Shown here: positions 7,129 to 17,670 of the stretch, piece after piece | How the letters are laid out: every line of letters starts with the position of its first letter | How positions within the stretch are numbered: position 1 is the stretch's first letter | DNA from: a virus | DNA length: 45,901 nucleotides | Virus record (IMG/VR): IMGVR_UViG_3300000969_000002 | Coordinates: 1 to 45,901 of that record | Direction: 5' to 3' (one strand) | Notes under the pieces: generated by a model | Database searches by the model: none | What the model was told of the DNA's origin: nothing | Seen by the model: the letters and a program-made list of their open reading frames with translations, nothing else | Program-made: the position numbers and the translations under genes

Positions 7129-9597
7129 CTATTCTGGCAAAGCCCATCTAATTAAAGTACCAACTGTCCCAGCCGTTCCACCGCCACCCCAGCCTGATAT
7201 GTGGTATGTCACACCAGCAGTTAATTGAACATAAACAGTCTGTGTTTTTGCGGCTGCAGCTCCATTATCAATACGAGCAAGCGAACCGTCATGTAGATCT
7301 TTATGACCGTCATTATCATCATTTGCCATTTCTGTACCTAAGCTCGCCCATACCTGATTATTGTTTGTAACTTCCCAGTATTTAAACTCATAAAGACCTG
7401 TATTCGCTGGCGTAAATTCACCAACAACACGAGGGCCGTTTGAATTATTCGCATTACCTGTGACAATATTACCAACAAAGCTATTCGTTGCGACTTGTAA
7501 AGGTGGTGTAGAAGTAGCAGGGTAAACGCTAACCTTGTGGAAGTTACCGTCCCTAGTATGAACAAACCATGCACTACCAGTTATTTTAATTTCTTGATTT
7601 GGTGCTTGCGCGACCACTTCAACTAAGCCATTCGTATAGTCATTGAAAACAAAGGCGGCATCACTGACACCTATCCATTGAAAGCTAGGTGTGAAATTTA
7701 CAGGTATATGATAAGTGTTAGCATCTACTGAATTTTTTAAATCTAAAGGCATACCAAAAGTACCATTACTATTAATCGTACGTGTTGCATTTGCCGGGTA
7801 TGTATAACCACCAACCACCTCCATAGCATCCCAAAACGTAGCTGTCATAGGGTCGGGAGTTGGTGTTGCGTGAGGTTTTACAATGTAGGTATTCCCAAAG
7901 ACTTCATTGGCTGTATTCTCTGGAGCTATAGCTAAATATTCCGTATCAGTATCAACAACATCACCAATAGGTAGCGGTCCATAATTAACTTCTGGCGCGG
8001 AGATATCAGCTATTATTCTATAGTTTGCATCTTCAACACCATTAAACTCTTGACCGTCCGTACTTGTATTTCTCCATGTGCCTGAACCCGCAATGTTTAA
8101 AATTGCACCACCGCCAAATGTTAAGCCAGTAGCGTCAGCCAGATCGTTATAACCGTAAGATAATATCTGCCCGCTTATGCGAGTGAAGTTTAAATTTGTG
8201 GCAACAAAAGTGTGAGTTTCATTACTATGATTTCTCCATGTACCAGCATAGTTTCCACCCTTTCCTACAATAATATACTGACCTGACTTAACGTCCGTTG
8301 TGTTAGCGGTTGTAAAATCATCCACATGAATTACTTGTTCTTTAGATACCGACAGTATTTGCTCCATTGACGTTTGACCGAATGTAGAGTAGTCTGCATT
8401 ATCAGGATCTATCCAAGCAGGAAGAAGCTGGACAGGCTCACCACCACCAGCCGTTGCTGAATTAACTAACGCTAATCTACCATTTGTCGCGCTTGTCAAT
8501 GTCGTAGAGTCCTCATCTATACAATAAACAGCCATTAAGACGTTAACTAACATACTAGTAGATGGCCTCTCGTACTGAGGATACTGATAAAGAGCAGCGG
8601 CGGTTGTGGAATAACGCTGGGTACCGTACTGCATAAAGAACTGCCCTGTAGAGGGGTCTAAAAATAATTGCTGAGCTTGTGCGTCATTGACATCAGCCGT
8701 ACTTTCATCGCCGATATTTACTAGTGTACCGCTATCGCTTGGATCATACTGAAGGTTATCAACATCAGTCACTGTAGATCCAATATTAACACCATCACCA
8801 CCTATATATTGCAAGTTAATAGGGTCTTGTGCAGGTACAACGAAACTCTCTTCCACACCGTTTACAACCCTGATAAATTCACCGCCTGAATAAGCAAGCT
8901 CTTTACCCGTACCTTTTGTTATTGCGCCTGAATTAGCAGATTGCCAACCAGCCGCCGCAAGAAAGTTATTATGTTTATCTGAGTAAGCTTTTGAAGATCG
9001 CTGAGAAGGGGGTTTTGTTGCATCATCAGAAGCAAAATCATCTTCATCTAAAATCTCAATATTATTATCACCAAAACCAACCGCAAACATCCAGCCAGAT
9101 CCTTGATTAGCTCCGCTTGTATAAATTCCCTTTGGGTATTGTGGATTATCAACATCGCCTGTTCCAATATCGTCAGCCGTTAATATTGTCCAATAAGATA
9201 TATCACTTGAAGCGTCCGAAGGCACAGGAGACAGTCCTGCAAATGTAGCAGAGATAGGGATTATGATTTGTCCTGTTGAAGATGTAAGAGATGGGCCTGA
9301 ACCTATAGTTGCACTAGTCCATACAGAACCATCGTCATTCCGTGGATATAAGCCAGCAGGAGCGGTAGCAACAGCTTCCCAAATTTGACCTGCATCAAAA
9401 CTAAATTCACCTTTTTCATAAGGGCGCGAAGCATCATGCTTAATAGTAAAGCTGGAAGATTGAATATTCAAAACAAGTTGAAATATTGTCGCTAAATCCT
9501 TCAAACTTAAATCACTTAAAGTCTTTCCTGATAGATCCGCCTTAAGCAAGTATTTATTGACCTTTTCTAAAGCGAGATTAATGTTTTGGTGTGTCAT
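7129..9597 (-). CDS. tail fibre / tail spike protein (822 aa)
   Basis: Large Gly/Thr/Asn-rich ORF following another fibre gene in the late arm; no enzymatic motif recognised. Confidence 0.55.
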   Translation of the reverse strand: MTHQNINLALEKVNKYLLKADLSGKTLSDLSLKDLATIFQLVLNIQSSSFTIKHDASRPYEKGEFSFDAGQIWEAVATAPAGLYPRNDDGSVWTSATIGSGPSLTSSTGQIIIPISATFAGLSPVPSDASSDISYWTILTADDIGTGDVDNPQYPKGIYTSGANQGSGWMFAVGFGDNNIEILDEDDFASDDATKPPSQRSSKAYSDKHNNFLAAAGWQSANSGAITKGTGKELAYSGGEFIRVVNGVEESFVVPAQDPINLQYIGGDGVNIGSTVTDVDNLQYDPSDSGTLVNIGDESTADVNDAQAQQLFLDPSTGQFFMQYGTQRYSTTAAALYQYPQYERPSTSMLVNVLMAVYCIDEDSTTLTSATNGRLALVNSATAGGGEPVQLLPAWIDPDNADYSTFGQTSMEQILSVSKEQVIHVDDFTTANTTDVKSGQYIIVGKGGNYAGTWRNHSNETHTFVATNLNFTRISGQILSYGYNDLADATGLTFGGGAILNIAGSGTWRNTSTDGQEFNGVEDANYRIIADISAPEVNYGPLPIGDVVDTDTEYLAIAPENTANEVFGNTYIVKPHATPTPDPMTATFWDAMEVVGGYTYPANATRTINSNGTFGMPLDLKNSVDANTYHIPVNFTPSFQWIGVSDAAFVFNDYTNGLVEVVAQAPNQEIKITGSAWFVHTRDGNFHKVSVYPATSTPPLQVATNSFVGNIVTGNANNSNGPRVVGEFTPANTGLYEFKYWEVTNNNQVWASLGTEMANDDNDGHKDLHDGSLARIDNGAAAAKTQTVYVQLTAGVTYHISGWGGGGTAGTVGTLIRWALPE

Positions 9598-9639
9598 GTT
9601 TTATTCCTATATCTTTTCATTTTTATTCAAATAATCTAA

Positions 9640-12354
9640 TTAGAGTTTTGTCGCCATTAAAGTATCAAGCGCCGCTTGCATGTCATCCCTTGGGTCAGTA
9701 TCAGACGCAAAAAAGACAAAATTACCAGATTCCGAATTTAATGGTACGTGTGGTTGTGCAGCATTAAATAAAAATACACTACCATTCGTTCCGGTAACTA
9801 AACCAGCAGTATCTCTGTGCTCGCCACTAAATAGGTTATCAAGACTATTTACACCCGCAGAAGTGAAAACGTTTGTACCCGCATCAGGAGTAAAGTCAAT
9901 AAACCCGGTGAAAACAGCTCTTTCATCACCTACAACACCAAAGTCAGTAATATCTAGGTCTTGGTCTGTTGCCTCATAGAAAGGGTTATCAGGATGTAAC
10001 GCAAAACCAAATTCTCCGCTTCCTCTTGTACTAAACGTGATTGTATTCACAGCAGGATCAGAAGTAACTAAACCTTCTGCCGCAATAGCATCAGCTTCCG
10101 TACGGAAAAACCTTATTCGAGTTGGGTTAAAACCTGGATTAGGAGTAACATTCATCCAATAATCACCATTCTCTAAAGCTAATCCTGTGTCGTCAGCAAT
10201 AGGTCTTGTTGAACCTTCGGGAAACCATATCGATACCCTTAATGAACCATCATCTAGTAATTCGTCAGCTTCAAAAGTAAAGCGCATTTCACCTGTGTCA
10301 GGATACCATGTTGTAACGCTATCCATGTTTACAGACTCATCTTTTAGGGAAAAGCTAGGTGTTATCATGTGTTGTGTCCCGTCAGCATAATTCCAATCAA
10401 TAAGATATTGATTCCGACCGACGGTTGACCCTACTTTAGCTGGGTTTTTAATAATAAAGAATCCTGTACCAGTATCAGTAAGATCAGCCGCATTATTATT
10501 GTTTACGGCATCATCAGCCGTAGGATGGAAAGTTAATCTAAAGGAAGAAACACGCCTGACATAGCCGCTTACTGGTAATCCAGTAGGTAATGTAGCGCCT
10601 GGATACGTCGTGGCTTCATAATAATCACCTGTAGACATATTATGATTTCTACCATTGCTTAATTGATTTAATGCTACATCAATTTTTGAGCTGTCACCCC
10701 TAACATAACGAGATGAATTTGATTGCGCCACACTCGGTTTACCAACAGCAATCATACCAACATATCTTTTTCCACTATATAAAGCTGAAAAAGCAGCATT
10801 AGAAATATTATCTGGCACAGTTTTACCATTAAATTCAGATTCCGCAGCATCAGGTGTTCTTGTTAATACACCCCTGTTTAATAAACGACGATTTGAACCA
10901 CTACCAATAACTTCCATAAAGTCATTAATTCTTGTACTAGTTTCCGCAAATCCTATACCGCCACCGTCACTTGCAAAGGTGGTTAATAAGTCGTTTGTGG
11001 CAAAACTATTCGTACCTACACCAACGTCTGTAAAATTAATGGCATTTAAGTCTTCACTGGCATTTTGAGCAGGAGGGACAAACTGCCCTTCGTCAAAAGC
11101 TGGGTGGGTTGCATAATCAGCATCAGTTAAATATTCATAAACAGTGGCGTTACCATCAGCATTTTTATCCCAAAATAGATAAAGCTTACCCTCCACTAAA
11201 GGAGTTGGTAAAGCCCCACCTTCTGTAAAAGTTACGGGTGTCCAGTTACTACCATCAAGATCATTAGTGAAGTCATATACGCTATTGTCATACGCAATGG
11301 TGTTATTAACTAAATCAACGGCAGTTGTTTCAAAATCTTGAGAAAATGGAAATGGGTCGTTAACTGCATCAGCTATGTCAAAGCTCTCAATTACACTAGG
11401 TAATGAAGATATTTCAGTAAGTGGAGCGGTTGTTGTTATTTCATTTGAATACCCACGAACCTCAGTAGGCAACCCTCTATCGACAATAGTTTCAAGCCTT
11501 GCATCACCATCAACCGAGCCAGTTGTTGCAGGCGCATTTGTTGGTAAGGAAGTTAAGAAACCTCCTTCAGCGACAAACGTACCGTCTTTCTCTGGATCAA
11601 CTTCATAACGATATTCCACCGTTGTTGGCGTGCCTGTAATAACAGGTTGAGTAACAAGATTTGGAGCAACAAATACTTGATTTGACTCATATACTTGGTC
11701 AGTTGGCAATTGTGCTGGCGTTGTGATCGCTATTGACATGGACGCATCTAATACTATTGGAGTAGAGCCTTGCACTGTCACACCGGCAAGCGAGTTTGTC
11801 GCAGTAGTTTGAATACCTAATTCAACAGGCGTATTACCAGCAGCTATTTCAGCATCAATCGCATCTTGCGCTTCTTGTGTACCATCCCACGTTAATGTAC
11901 CTTGCGCTAGTGTAGTCATGGAGATAGGCGTATCATTCACTGTAATAAGGTATGTAATAGAAGGGGTCGGCGTTCCAGTTGCTTCTGCTTGTGTTGCAAT
12001 ATTGTAAGTCGTACCAACTTCAAAGGTAGCATCTCCTGTAATTTCAGCAACTGTCGTAATCGTTGGTATAACATCACCTGAACCGGTGACTGTAGGAGCG
12101 AAGCTACTTGTAGATACATATGCATCGCCAGCATGGTTTTTAAAATAAAACTCATTAGTATCTAATAAAATAAAGTCTGGAGAGTCCTCGTTAACAGTAG
12201 TAGGTAAAGCAGTAAGCTTATGGTATATTCCGACGTTGTCTACAATTTCTTCTAATACAGCTCTATGTCTATCTGGTGTAATAAAATTAGTACTATTAGT
12301 TGGTAAATTAGTATTAATTAAAGTAATTAATTCTGATCGTTTTTTAGTTGTCAT
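9640..12354 (-). CDS. tail fibre protein (904 aa)
   Basis: The N-terminus MTTKKRSELITLINTNLPTNSTNFITPDRHRAVLEEIVDNV resembles a conserved fibre attachment N-terminus, followed by long T/G/N-rich sequence. Confidence 0.6.
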   Translation of the reverse strand: MTTKKRSELITLINTNLPTNSTNFITPDRHRAVLEEIVDNVGIYHKLTALPTTVNEDSPDFILLDTNEFYFKNHAGDAYVSTSSFAPTVTGSGDVIPTITTVAEITGDATFEVGTTYNIATQAEATGTPTPSITYLITVNDTPISMTTLAQGTLTWDGTQEAQDAIDAEIAAGNTPVELGIQTTATNSLAGVTVQGSTPIVLDASMSIAITTPAQLPTDQVYESNQVFVAPNLVTQPVITGTPTTVEYRYEVDPEKDGTFVAEGGFLTSLPTNAPATTGSVDGDARLETIVDRGLPTEVRGYSNEITTTAPLTEISSLPSVIESFDIADAVNDPFPFSQDFETTAVDLVNNTIAYDNSVYDFTNDLDGSNWTPVTFTEGGALPTPLVEGKLYLFWDKNADGNATVYEYLTDADYATHPAFDEGQFVPPAQNASEDLNAINFTDVGVGTNSFATNDLLTTFASDGGGIGFAETSTRINDFMEVIGSGSNRRLLNRGVLTRTPDAAESEFNGKTVPDNISNAAFSALYSGKRYVGMIAVGKPSVAQSNSSRYVRGDSSKIDVALNQLSNGRNHNMSTGDYYEATTYPGATLPTGLPVSGYVRRVSSFRLTFHPTADDAVNNNNAADLTDTGTGFFIIKNPAKVGSTVGRNQYLIDWNYADGTQHMITPSFSLKDESVNMDSVTTWYPDTGEMRFTFEADELLDDGSLRVSIWFPEGSTRPIADDTGLALENGDYWMNVTPNPGFNPTRIRFFRTEADAIAAEGLVTSDPAVNTITFSTRGSGEFGFALHPDNPFYEATDQDLDITDFGVVGDERAVFTGFIDFTPDAGTNVFTSAGVNSLDNLFSGEHRDTAGLVTGTNGSVFLFNAAQPHVPLNSESGNFVFFASDTDPRDDMQAALDTLMATKL

Positions 12355-12461
12355 TTTTGATATCCTTCATTGTATGCTGATGATGAGTATGAAGCCGGTA
12401 GAGGCACATTGTTATCTTCTGCTGTTTTTACTACAGCTATTGTTATTCCAAGTCCTAACAT
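12351..12461 (-). CDS. small hydrophobic ORF (36 aa), translationally coupled on both sides
   Basis: Its ATG shares 1 nt with the GH108 stop (TAATG), and its TGA overlaps the fibre ATG (ATGA). Sequence starts MLGLGITIAVV... Confidence 0.35.
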   Translation of the reverse strand: MLGLGITIAVVKTAEDNNVPLPASYSSSAYNEGYQK

Positions 12462-13003
12462 TATTGCACCCTATTTTTCATCCAGCCGAAAACAAAATCT
12501 TCATCTTTTTTACGTCGTTGAGACAGTCTTAAATAGAATGAACCTTGTAAGCAATTTAAGCAGCGTAACATAACCACATCACCATCAGAACCTTTACGCT
12601 TTCTTTTATACGCTTTTAACGCGCTTAATGTTGCAGGACCTAAGTCACCATCGACTGATAAGTCGTTATAGTCCTTACCTTGTCTATTAAGTGCGTTAAG
12701 AGAGTACTGTAAATATTCTGCAGCACGACCAATACCCTGATTAACACCTGTATCAAATAACTCATGTACAATAGCAGGTAATATTTTATTAATTGCGTCT
12801 AATTCTAGAGGTTTCCAGTACGCTTTGTAATAAATTTCCGTCGCTTTAGCTTTACTCATTCTTGACATAGCACCCTTATAACCATGCCGACGAGCAACAA
12901 CTTCGATAATACCATACATGGTTTTACCTCCACTGTCGCTTTTATGATTGGAATATTTACCTTCCAAATCTAACACTTTTTCTAATTCTTTTGAAAAGCT
13001 CAT
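12461..13003 (-). CDS. GH108-type muramidase with C-terminal peptidoglycan-binding domain (endolysin candidate)
   Basis: LEGKYSNHKSDSGGKTMYGI matches the GH108 EGGY..H..D.GG.T..GI signature. The C-terminal part resembles PG_binding_3. ATG 13003 has AGGAG 6 nt upstream; the track start at 13069 is an alternative. Confidence 0.75.
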   Translation of the reverse strand: MSFSKELEKVLDLEGKYSNHKSDSGGKTMYGIIEVVARRHGYKGAMSRMSKAKATEIYYKAYWKPLELDAINKILPAIVHELFDTGVNQGIGRAAEYLQYSLNALNRQGKDYNDLSVDGDLGPATLSALKAYKRKRKGSDGDVVMLRCLNCLQGSFYLRLSQRRKKDEDFVFGWMKNRVQ

Positions 13004-13061
13004 GCTCGTCTCCTTTTTCTTTTCTACTTGTTTAGTCTTTTTAAAAATATTGTGTAACCAT

Positions 13062-15818
13062 TTAATCATTGAATAACATCACCTTATTGTCAATTTTAAT
13101 GCCGTCAAAATCATTTTGTTTTAGTATTTCTTGTATTTCCGGTAGCTTACGAATTTCTTTCGGGTCAATTGTACGACCCATAACATTACTAATGTCTTCG
13201 ATACCTGCCATTCGTGTTAAATTAACTTCTTTCTTAACAACTTTTGACGCAGGATTTCGGTTAGAAATACTCTCGCGTAAATATACACCATCACCTAAAG
13301 CGCCCTTAGAGGCTCTTAATTTACCACCTGCATCTTGTTTGTAGTAATTTTTAAACTGCTCATCTGTCTTAGTTGCCTTAGCACCTGCTTTAGCCATCTC
13401 AATCTGTAGATTTTTAACTAATGATGTCATAACTTCTTTTTCAGTGTCTGGAAATCCTTTAATAAATGCATCAGCAGTTTTTGCATTCAAAGGGTTTTCA
13501 AGTAACTTGGCTGTCTTACTCATTAGAGCTAAGTTATTCGCTGATTTACCTGGTACAAATTTCTTTACAGTATTAAAGGACTGCGTAGCAACTTCAAACT
13601 TAATTCGAACAATTGGATCTGTTGTTAAGTAACTTTGGAATTTAGGTGTAGCCAAGTTACCCGATACTTTAGATAATTGTACATCATTTTTAAAAATATC
13701 CGCGTACTCGTCTATAACCTTTTTAACGTGCATACCCTCAGGTGTAGTTAATTTAACTTTATTCAAAGCCTTAGAAATTTCGGGGAAGTGTAATGCTTGT
13801 TGATCAGAAGCTGAACCTAGTGTAAATCTATCAGTCCAGGTTTTAATAACAGCACCCTCAGCTTTCGCTCGAGAAGCCTTAGGTAACTTCTCCATAACTT
13901 CTAAAAATGTGTCATCTAGGGAGTCAATGTATACTTTGGTTGAACGCTCAATAGAAGCTTCTGTAGCTCCTTTTTTCGTCATAGCCTTATACAGTACGTT
14001 CTCTTCCATACGTTTCATTTTGGAGTATTCTTTTTTAGCTGAGCTAAATTGATTTAACCATTCTTTACCATTAACCGGCATATACTCTTTTACCGCTCTG
14101 CCTATTTGACCGTCAATCTTATTCACAACGGTATTAAGTGCATCTATGTCGGGTTTCTTTAGACCTGTTTTAGTATATTTAAAATTATTAACTGATTGGC
14201 GCAACTCTATTAAGCTTGAAAAAGATCGATCTTCTGATGCATTACCAACCTTAGCCGCAAAAGACACAAACGCGTCTCTCTTTCTAGGATCTGTTACTAC
14301 TTTATTTATAGACTCCACAACTGGTTCGATAGCTAACTTATCGAAATCAAACTCAAAGTCTGTACCATCAATTGATTTAGCACCAATATCTTTTACATCT
14401 CCGTAAAACGTTTTAACGTCATCTGTGTATCTAAATAAATCTTTACGTATTACATCGCCCATATTTTCCGGTTGTGTGGTCTCATCAATAAATTTAATTA
14501 AACCTTTAGCACGTTGGTCAACATCTCTAATAACTGAAGTAGCTAATTTAGGATCAACAGCAGCAACCGGCTTAACAAATGCTTCCGCACCTTGTTGTGT
14601 AGATGTAACAACAGATATTGCTTTTTCCTCAGGTGTTTTGCCTGGCGCTGCAGTACCATTAAAACGTTCCCATTTGTCAACTAAGAGATCTGCTTGTTCA
14701 CGACTAATATGCATACTCTCAGTTAAAGCTTTAAGTGCACCTTTTGAATTACCCTTACCTACAAAATCATAGGCTTTCATCATCTGTTTAAGACTGCCTT
14801 TACCTAGTTGCCAAGCTGCCGTACCCATAACACCAGCAACACCATCCCATATAGCAGCTTCTTTCATTTGTGTACGGTAAACTTTTGCTTCCAATTGCTC
14901 ACCTAGTCGCATTGCATTAACTGTTAAGTCAATAGCCCTACCAAGTGCTGCACCTGACATACCACCAGATATACCTCCGATAACACCACCAATTTTTGAA
15001 CCAATAGCCGCCCCCGCTGGTCCAGTAACAACTTCTTCAGGTAGGACTAAACCTGCGCCTGTTAAGTTACCTGCAACCAAGCCCACTCCAGTACCTACGG
15101 CCGAACCCACCTTTGAACCTGCTTTAGCTCCAGCGGCAGCACCTGCTATTGCTGTGCCTATCTCTGCTTTTGAATTAATCAAACCATTAATGAAACCGTC
15201 ATCCACTTCTTGATAACCACTTTCAGTATTCATTAATAAATCACCAGTCTCAGGTGAGACCATTACATCATGCCCAAGCTCTTCTAGTTTTAAAGCGATA
15301 CCTTGGTTAAGAGCTGTTAATTCCTGTCTAGCTTGTATACCACTCTCAGCATCCCACATACCTTTAATTGCTTTACCTGTGGTAGAATACTTACCAAATA
15401 CATTGCGATACAAATCGCTTAAATCTTCTACTTCTTCAATATTTGTTTTTGGATCAAAATTTAAAGGTTTTATTTTTCTTTGCTGTTGTTGTATGGGCGA
15501 TTGAAATAAAGCAGTATCTATGTCTTCTTGTCCATAGGACTTAGCTGTCATTGTTTCTTTTATCTGCTCATCAGTATAACCATAATCGCGGGCTTCTTCA
15601 ACCTTAGCACGTAACTCGTCACCAGCTAATCTAACTGGCGTGTCAGGATCCTGAAACTCTTGTGAGTGTTGAGTAGTGCCGGCAGCATGAGTAGTGTCAA
15701 TAGGTTGAGTAGTGTCAATAGGCTGAACCTGTGCACTTATATCATTCTGTACTGGCTCGGCCTCTTGGTAAGGCTGAGCTTCGTAATCTATATTGGAATT
15801 TAACTGTTGATCTTCCAT
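13062..15818 (-). CDS. large internal virion / ejection protein candidate (918 aa)
   Basis: Position next to the portal; a Gly/Ala-rich hydrophobic block (GTAIAGAAAGAKAGSKVGSAVGTGVGLVAGNLTGAGLV...GGVIGGISGGMSGAALG); no enzymatic motif recognised. Confidence 0.5.
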   Translation of the reverse strand: MEDQQLNSNIDYEAQPYQEAEPVQNDISAQVQPIDTTQPIDTTHAAGTTQHSQEFQDPDTPVRLAGDELRAKVEEARDYGYTDEQIKETMTAKSYGQEDIDTALFQSPIQQQQRKIKPLNFDPKTNIEEVEDLSDLYRNVFGKYSTTGKAIKGMWDAESGIQARQELTALNQGIALKLEELGHDVMVSPETGDLLMNTESGYQEVDDGFINGLINSKAEIGTAIAGAAAGAKAGSKVGSAVGTGVGLVAGNLTGAGLVLPEEVVTGPAGAAIGSKIGGVIGGISGGMSGAALGRAIDLTVNAMRLGEQLEAKVYRTQMKEAAIWDGVAGVMGTAAWQLGKGSLKQMMKAYDFVGKGNSKGALKALTESMHISREQADLLVDKWERFNGTAAPGKTPEEKAISVVTSTQQGAEAFVKPVAAVDPKLATSVIRDVDQRAKGLIKFIDETTQPENMGDVIRKDLFRYTDDVKTFYGDVKDIGAKSIDGTDFEFDFDKLAIEPVVESINKVVTDPRKRDAFVSFAAKVGNASEDRSFSSLIELRQSVNNFKYTKTGLKKPDIDALNTVVNKIDGQIGRAVKEYMPVNGKEWLNQFSSAKKEYSKMKRMEENVLYKAMTKKGATEASIERSTKVYIDSLDDTFLEVMEKLPKASRAKAEGAVIKTWTDRFTLGSASDQQALHFPEISKALNKVKLTTPEGMHVKKVIDEYADIFKNDVQLSKVSGNLATPKFQSYLTTDPIVRIKFEVATQSFNTVKKFVPGKSANNLALMSKTAKLLENPLNAKTADAFIKGFPDTEKEVMTSLVKNLQIEMAKAGAKATKTDEQFKNYYKQDAGGKLRASKGALGDGVYLRESISNRNPASKVVKKEVNLTRMAGIEDISNVMGRTIDPKEIRKLPEIQEILKQNDFDGIKIDNKVMLFND
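15689..15724. repeat. in-frame 18-bp tandem duplication inside the 918-aa gene
   Basis: gagtagtgtcaataggtt / gagtagtgtcaataggct, with a partial copy at 15671-15680. These encode QPIDTTQPIDTT. Confidence 0.85.
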
Positions 15819-17662
15819 TATACACCTTCATTTGTATTTTGTGGTAGTTTAGCTTCTTGACTACCTGGTTGTCCACCCGCTTGTGGCTGAGGTGGTGGAG
15901 CTCCTTGCTGTAGTAACGCGGCCGTCTGATCAAGTATATCTGCTATATCTAAGCTGTTACGCATTTTCATTGTCTTAATGGTTAGAGAAGTTGCTTTAAA
16001 GAACCCTGCTGGATTAACATTCATTAGAGCACCACCAATATTACCTTGTAATACATTTTCCATCATTAACTGATTTTTCTCGTCTTCATCGTTGTAGACA
16101 ATACTATCAATACTAATGTCTACGTCCGAAAACGCAATTTCTGTTTCTTGTGTGGGTACCGGAGCTATAATAATATTACCGTCATCATCAGTTTCAGGCT
16201 CTTGTGAAGCTGGATCGAGTACTTCGTCGTACACGTAATCCATGATAGGTTCACCAGTTTGAGGATTAATTTGACCTGTAAACTGCGTCATAGGTTGATT
16301 TAATGAGATCCAACGCTCCCCAACAATTTCATCTGTAACACGTAATACTTGCTCACCTGTAAAATACTGCTTCATTAGATTAACCATGTCACTACCTAGT
16401 AAACGATAAAACTGCTCAATACGCACGGTTATATAACGTAATGCTAATGCAGTTGCATTCTGCTGTAATTTAACTTTACGACCACTATCGGAAGCAAATG
16501 CATTTCCTAAGAAGCTGTCGTTAACGCCTAATACTTTTTGAATTCGTTCAAAACCTTTATCAATAATAAGATATTGGTCAACAACTTCACTGTGTAAGTT
16601 TTCAATCTTAATTTTACTTAATTTTCTAACGGGTATAACAGCGTTAACTCTGTTGTACATATCAGTAAAATCATCGATATTTTCAACTCCATTATCTTCA
16701 ACAAATGCTTTTTGTGAATTAACCATAAGTTGTATTTTTAACAACGCTTGGTTAATAGCTTTTTGGCTTTCAACAACTTCCCTGAAAATACCGTAGTACT
16801 CGACTTTATTACTAGTATGAATTTTATGTACGCGGTAATTAAATTTAACTTCTTTGTAGGTAATTTTCTCGCGATACAGCTCTTCATCTGCGCACCAATA
16901 AATAGACCAAGCGTCACCATCATCATCTTCTATAACAGTGTTAACTATAAGGTAGTTATCATAAATTCTATAATAACCTGTAAATTGATCACTATACTTA
17001 TATTCAAATTCACCTTCATCAATGTCTAAATGATTTTCGTAAGAGTCTAATCTTTCAATTAAATCGTCAATCTTTTTATTTGTCATATCACTGAATTCAC
17101 GCATCAATTTTTTAAGTTGATCTTCAGACATCCATTTAAACCGGTGTAAAAAGCGAGCGTCAGAATAGTCTTCTAACGTACTCATAGGGTCTAAAACTAT
17201 CTCTTCGGCTGGTACATGTGATAACGATAATTGCTTTAACTTACGACCAAATCTATCAGTTTTGCCTGTTTCTTCAACATCGACATAAGTACACATTAAT
17301 CCTTGTAAAATGCCATCAAGTTTAATTTTATCTCCTTCTGTTTCAAACTGATTACGCTCCATTGACTTACGAATTAAATCATTTAAAATAGAAGCGGTAG
17401 GGATATCTTGCAGCTGCTCTGGTGAAACTTTAACAGTATTAACAACACTTGAATAGTAACCTAATAATAAACGACCAAACAGTTTTATAACATTAAAAGT
17501 CTCTGCGGGCTGACCTCTATTTTCTAGTGTTGCTAGTTGGCTATGATTATACTGTCTGTTATGGAATAGGTCCATAACTTCTGCCGCTTCATAACGACTA
17601 TGTTCATAGGCTTCGTAGCCAATTTTAAACAAGTCTTGTAGAGTGTGTATATCTGTCTTCAT
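15818..17662 (-). CDS. portal protein candidate (614 aa)
   Basis: Size, position, and an N-terminal ...LATLENRGQPAETFNVIKLFGRLLLGYY pattern recalled from podovirus portal proteins; acidic/Gln-Pro-rich C-terminal tail. Confidence 0.6.
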   Translation of the reverse strand: MKTDIHTLQDLFKIGYEAYEHSRYEAAEVMDLFHNRQYNHSQLATLENRGQPAETFNVIKLFGRLLLGYYSSVVNTVKVSPEQLQDIPTASILNDLIRKSMERNQFETEGDKIKLDGILQGLMCTYVDVEETGKTDRFGRKLKQLSLSHVPAEEIVLDPMSTLEDYSDARFLHRFKWMSEDQLKKLMREFSDMTNKKIDDLIERLDSYENHLDIDEGEFEYKYSDQFTGYYRIYDNYLIVNTVIEDDDGDAWSIYWCADEELYREKITYKEVKFNYRVHKIHTSNKVEYYGIFREVVESQKAINQALLKIQLMVNSQKAFVEDNGVENIDDFTDMYNRVNAVIPVRKLSKIKIENLHSEVVDQYLIIDKGFERIQKVLGVNDSFLGNAFASDSGRKVKLQQNATALALRYITVRIEQFYRLLGSDMVNLMKQYFTGEQVLRVTDEIVGERWISLNQPMTQFTGQINPQTGEPIMDYVYDEVLDPASQEPETDDDGNIIIAPVPTQETEIAFSDVDISIDSIVYNDEDEKNQLMMENVLQGNIGGALMNVNPAGFFKATSLTIKTMKMRNSLDIADILDQTAALLQQGAPPPQPQAGGQPGSQEAKLPQNTNEGV

Positions 17663-17670
17663 AACTTACC

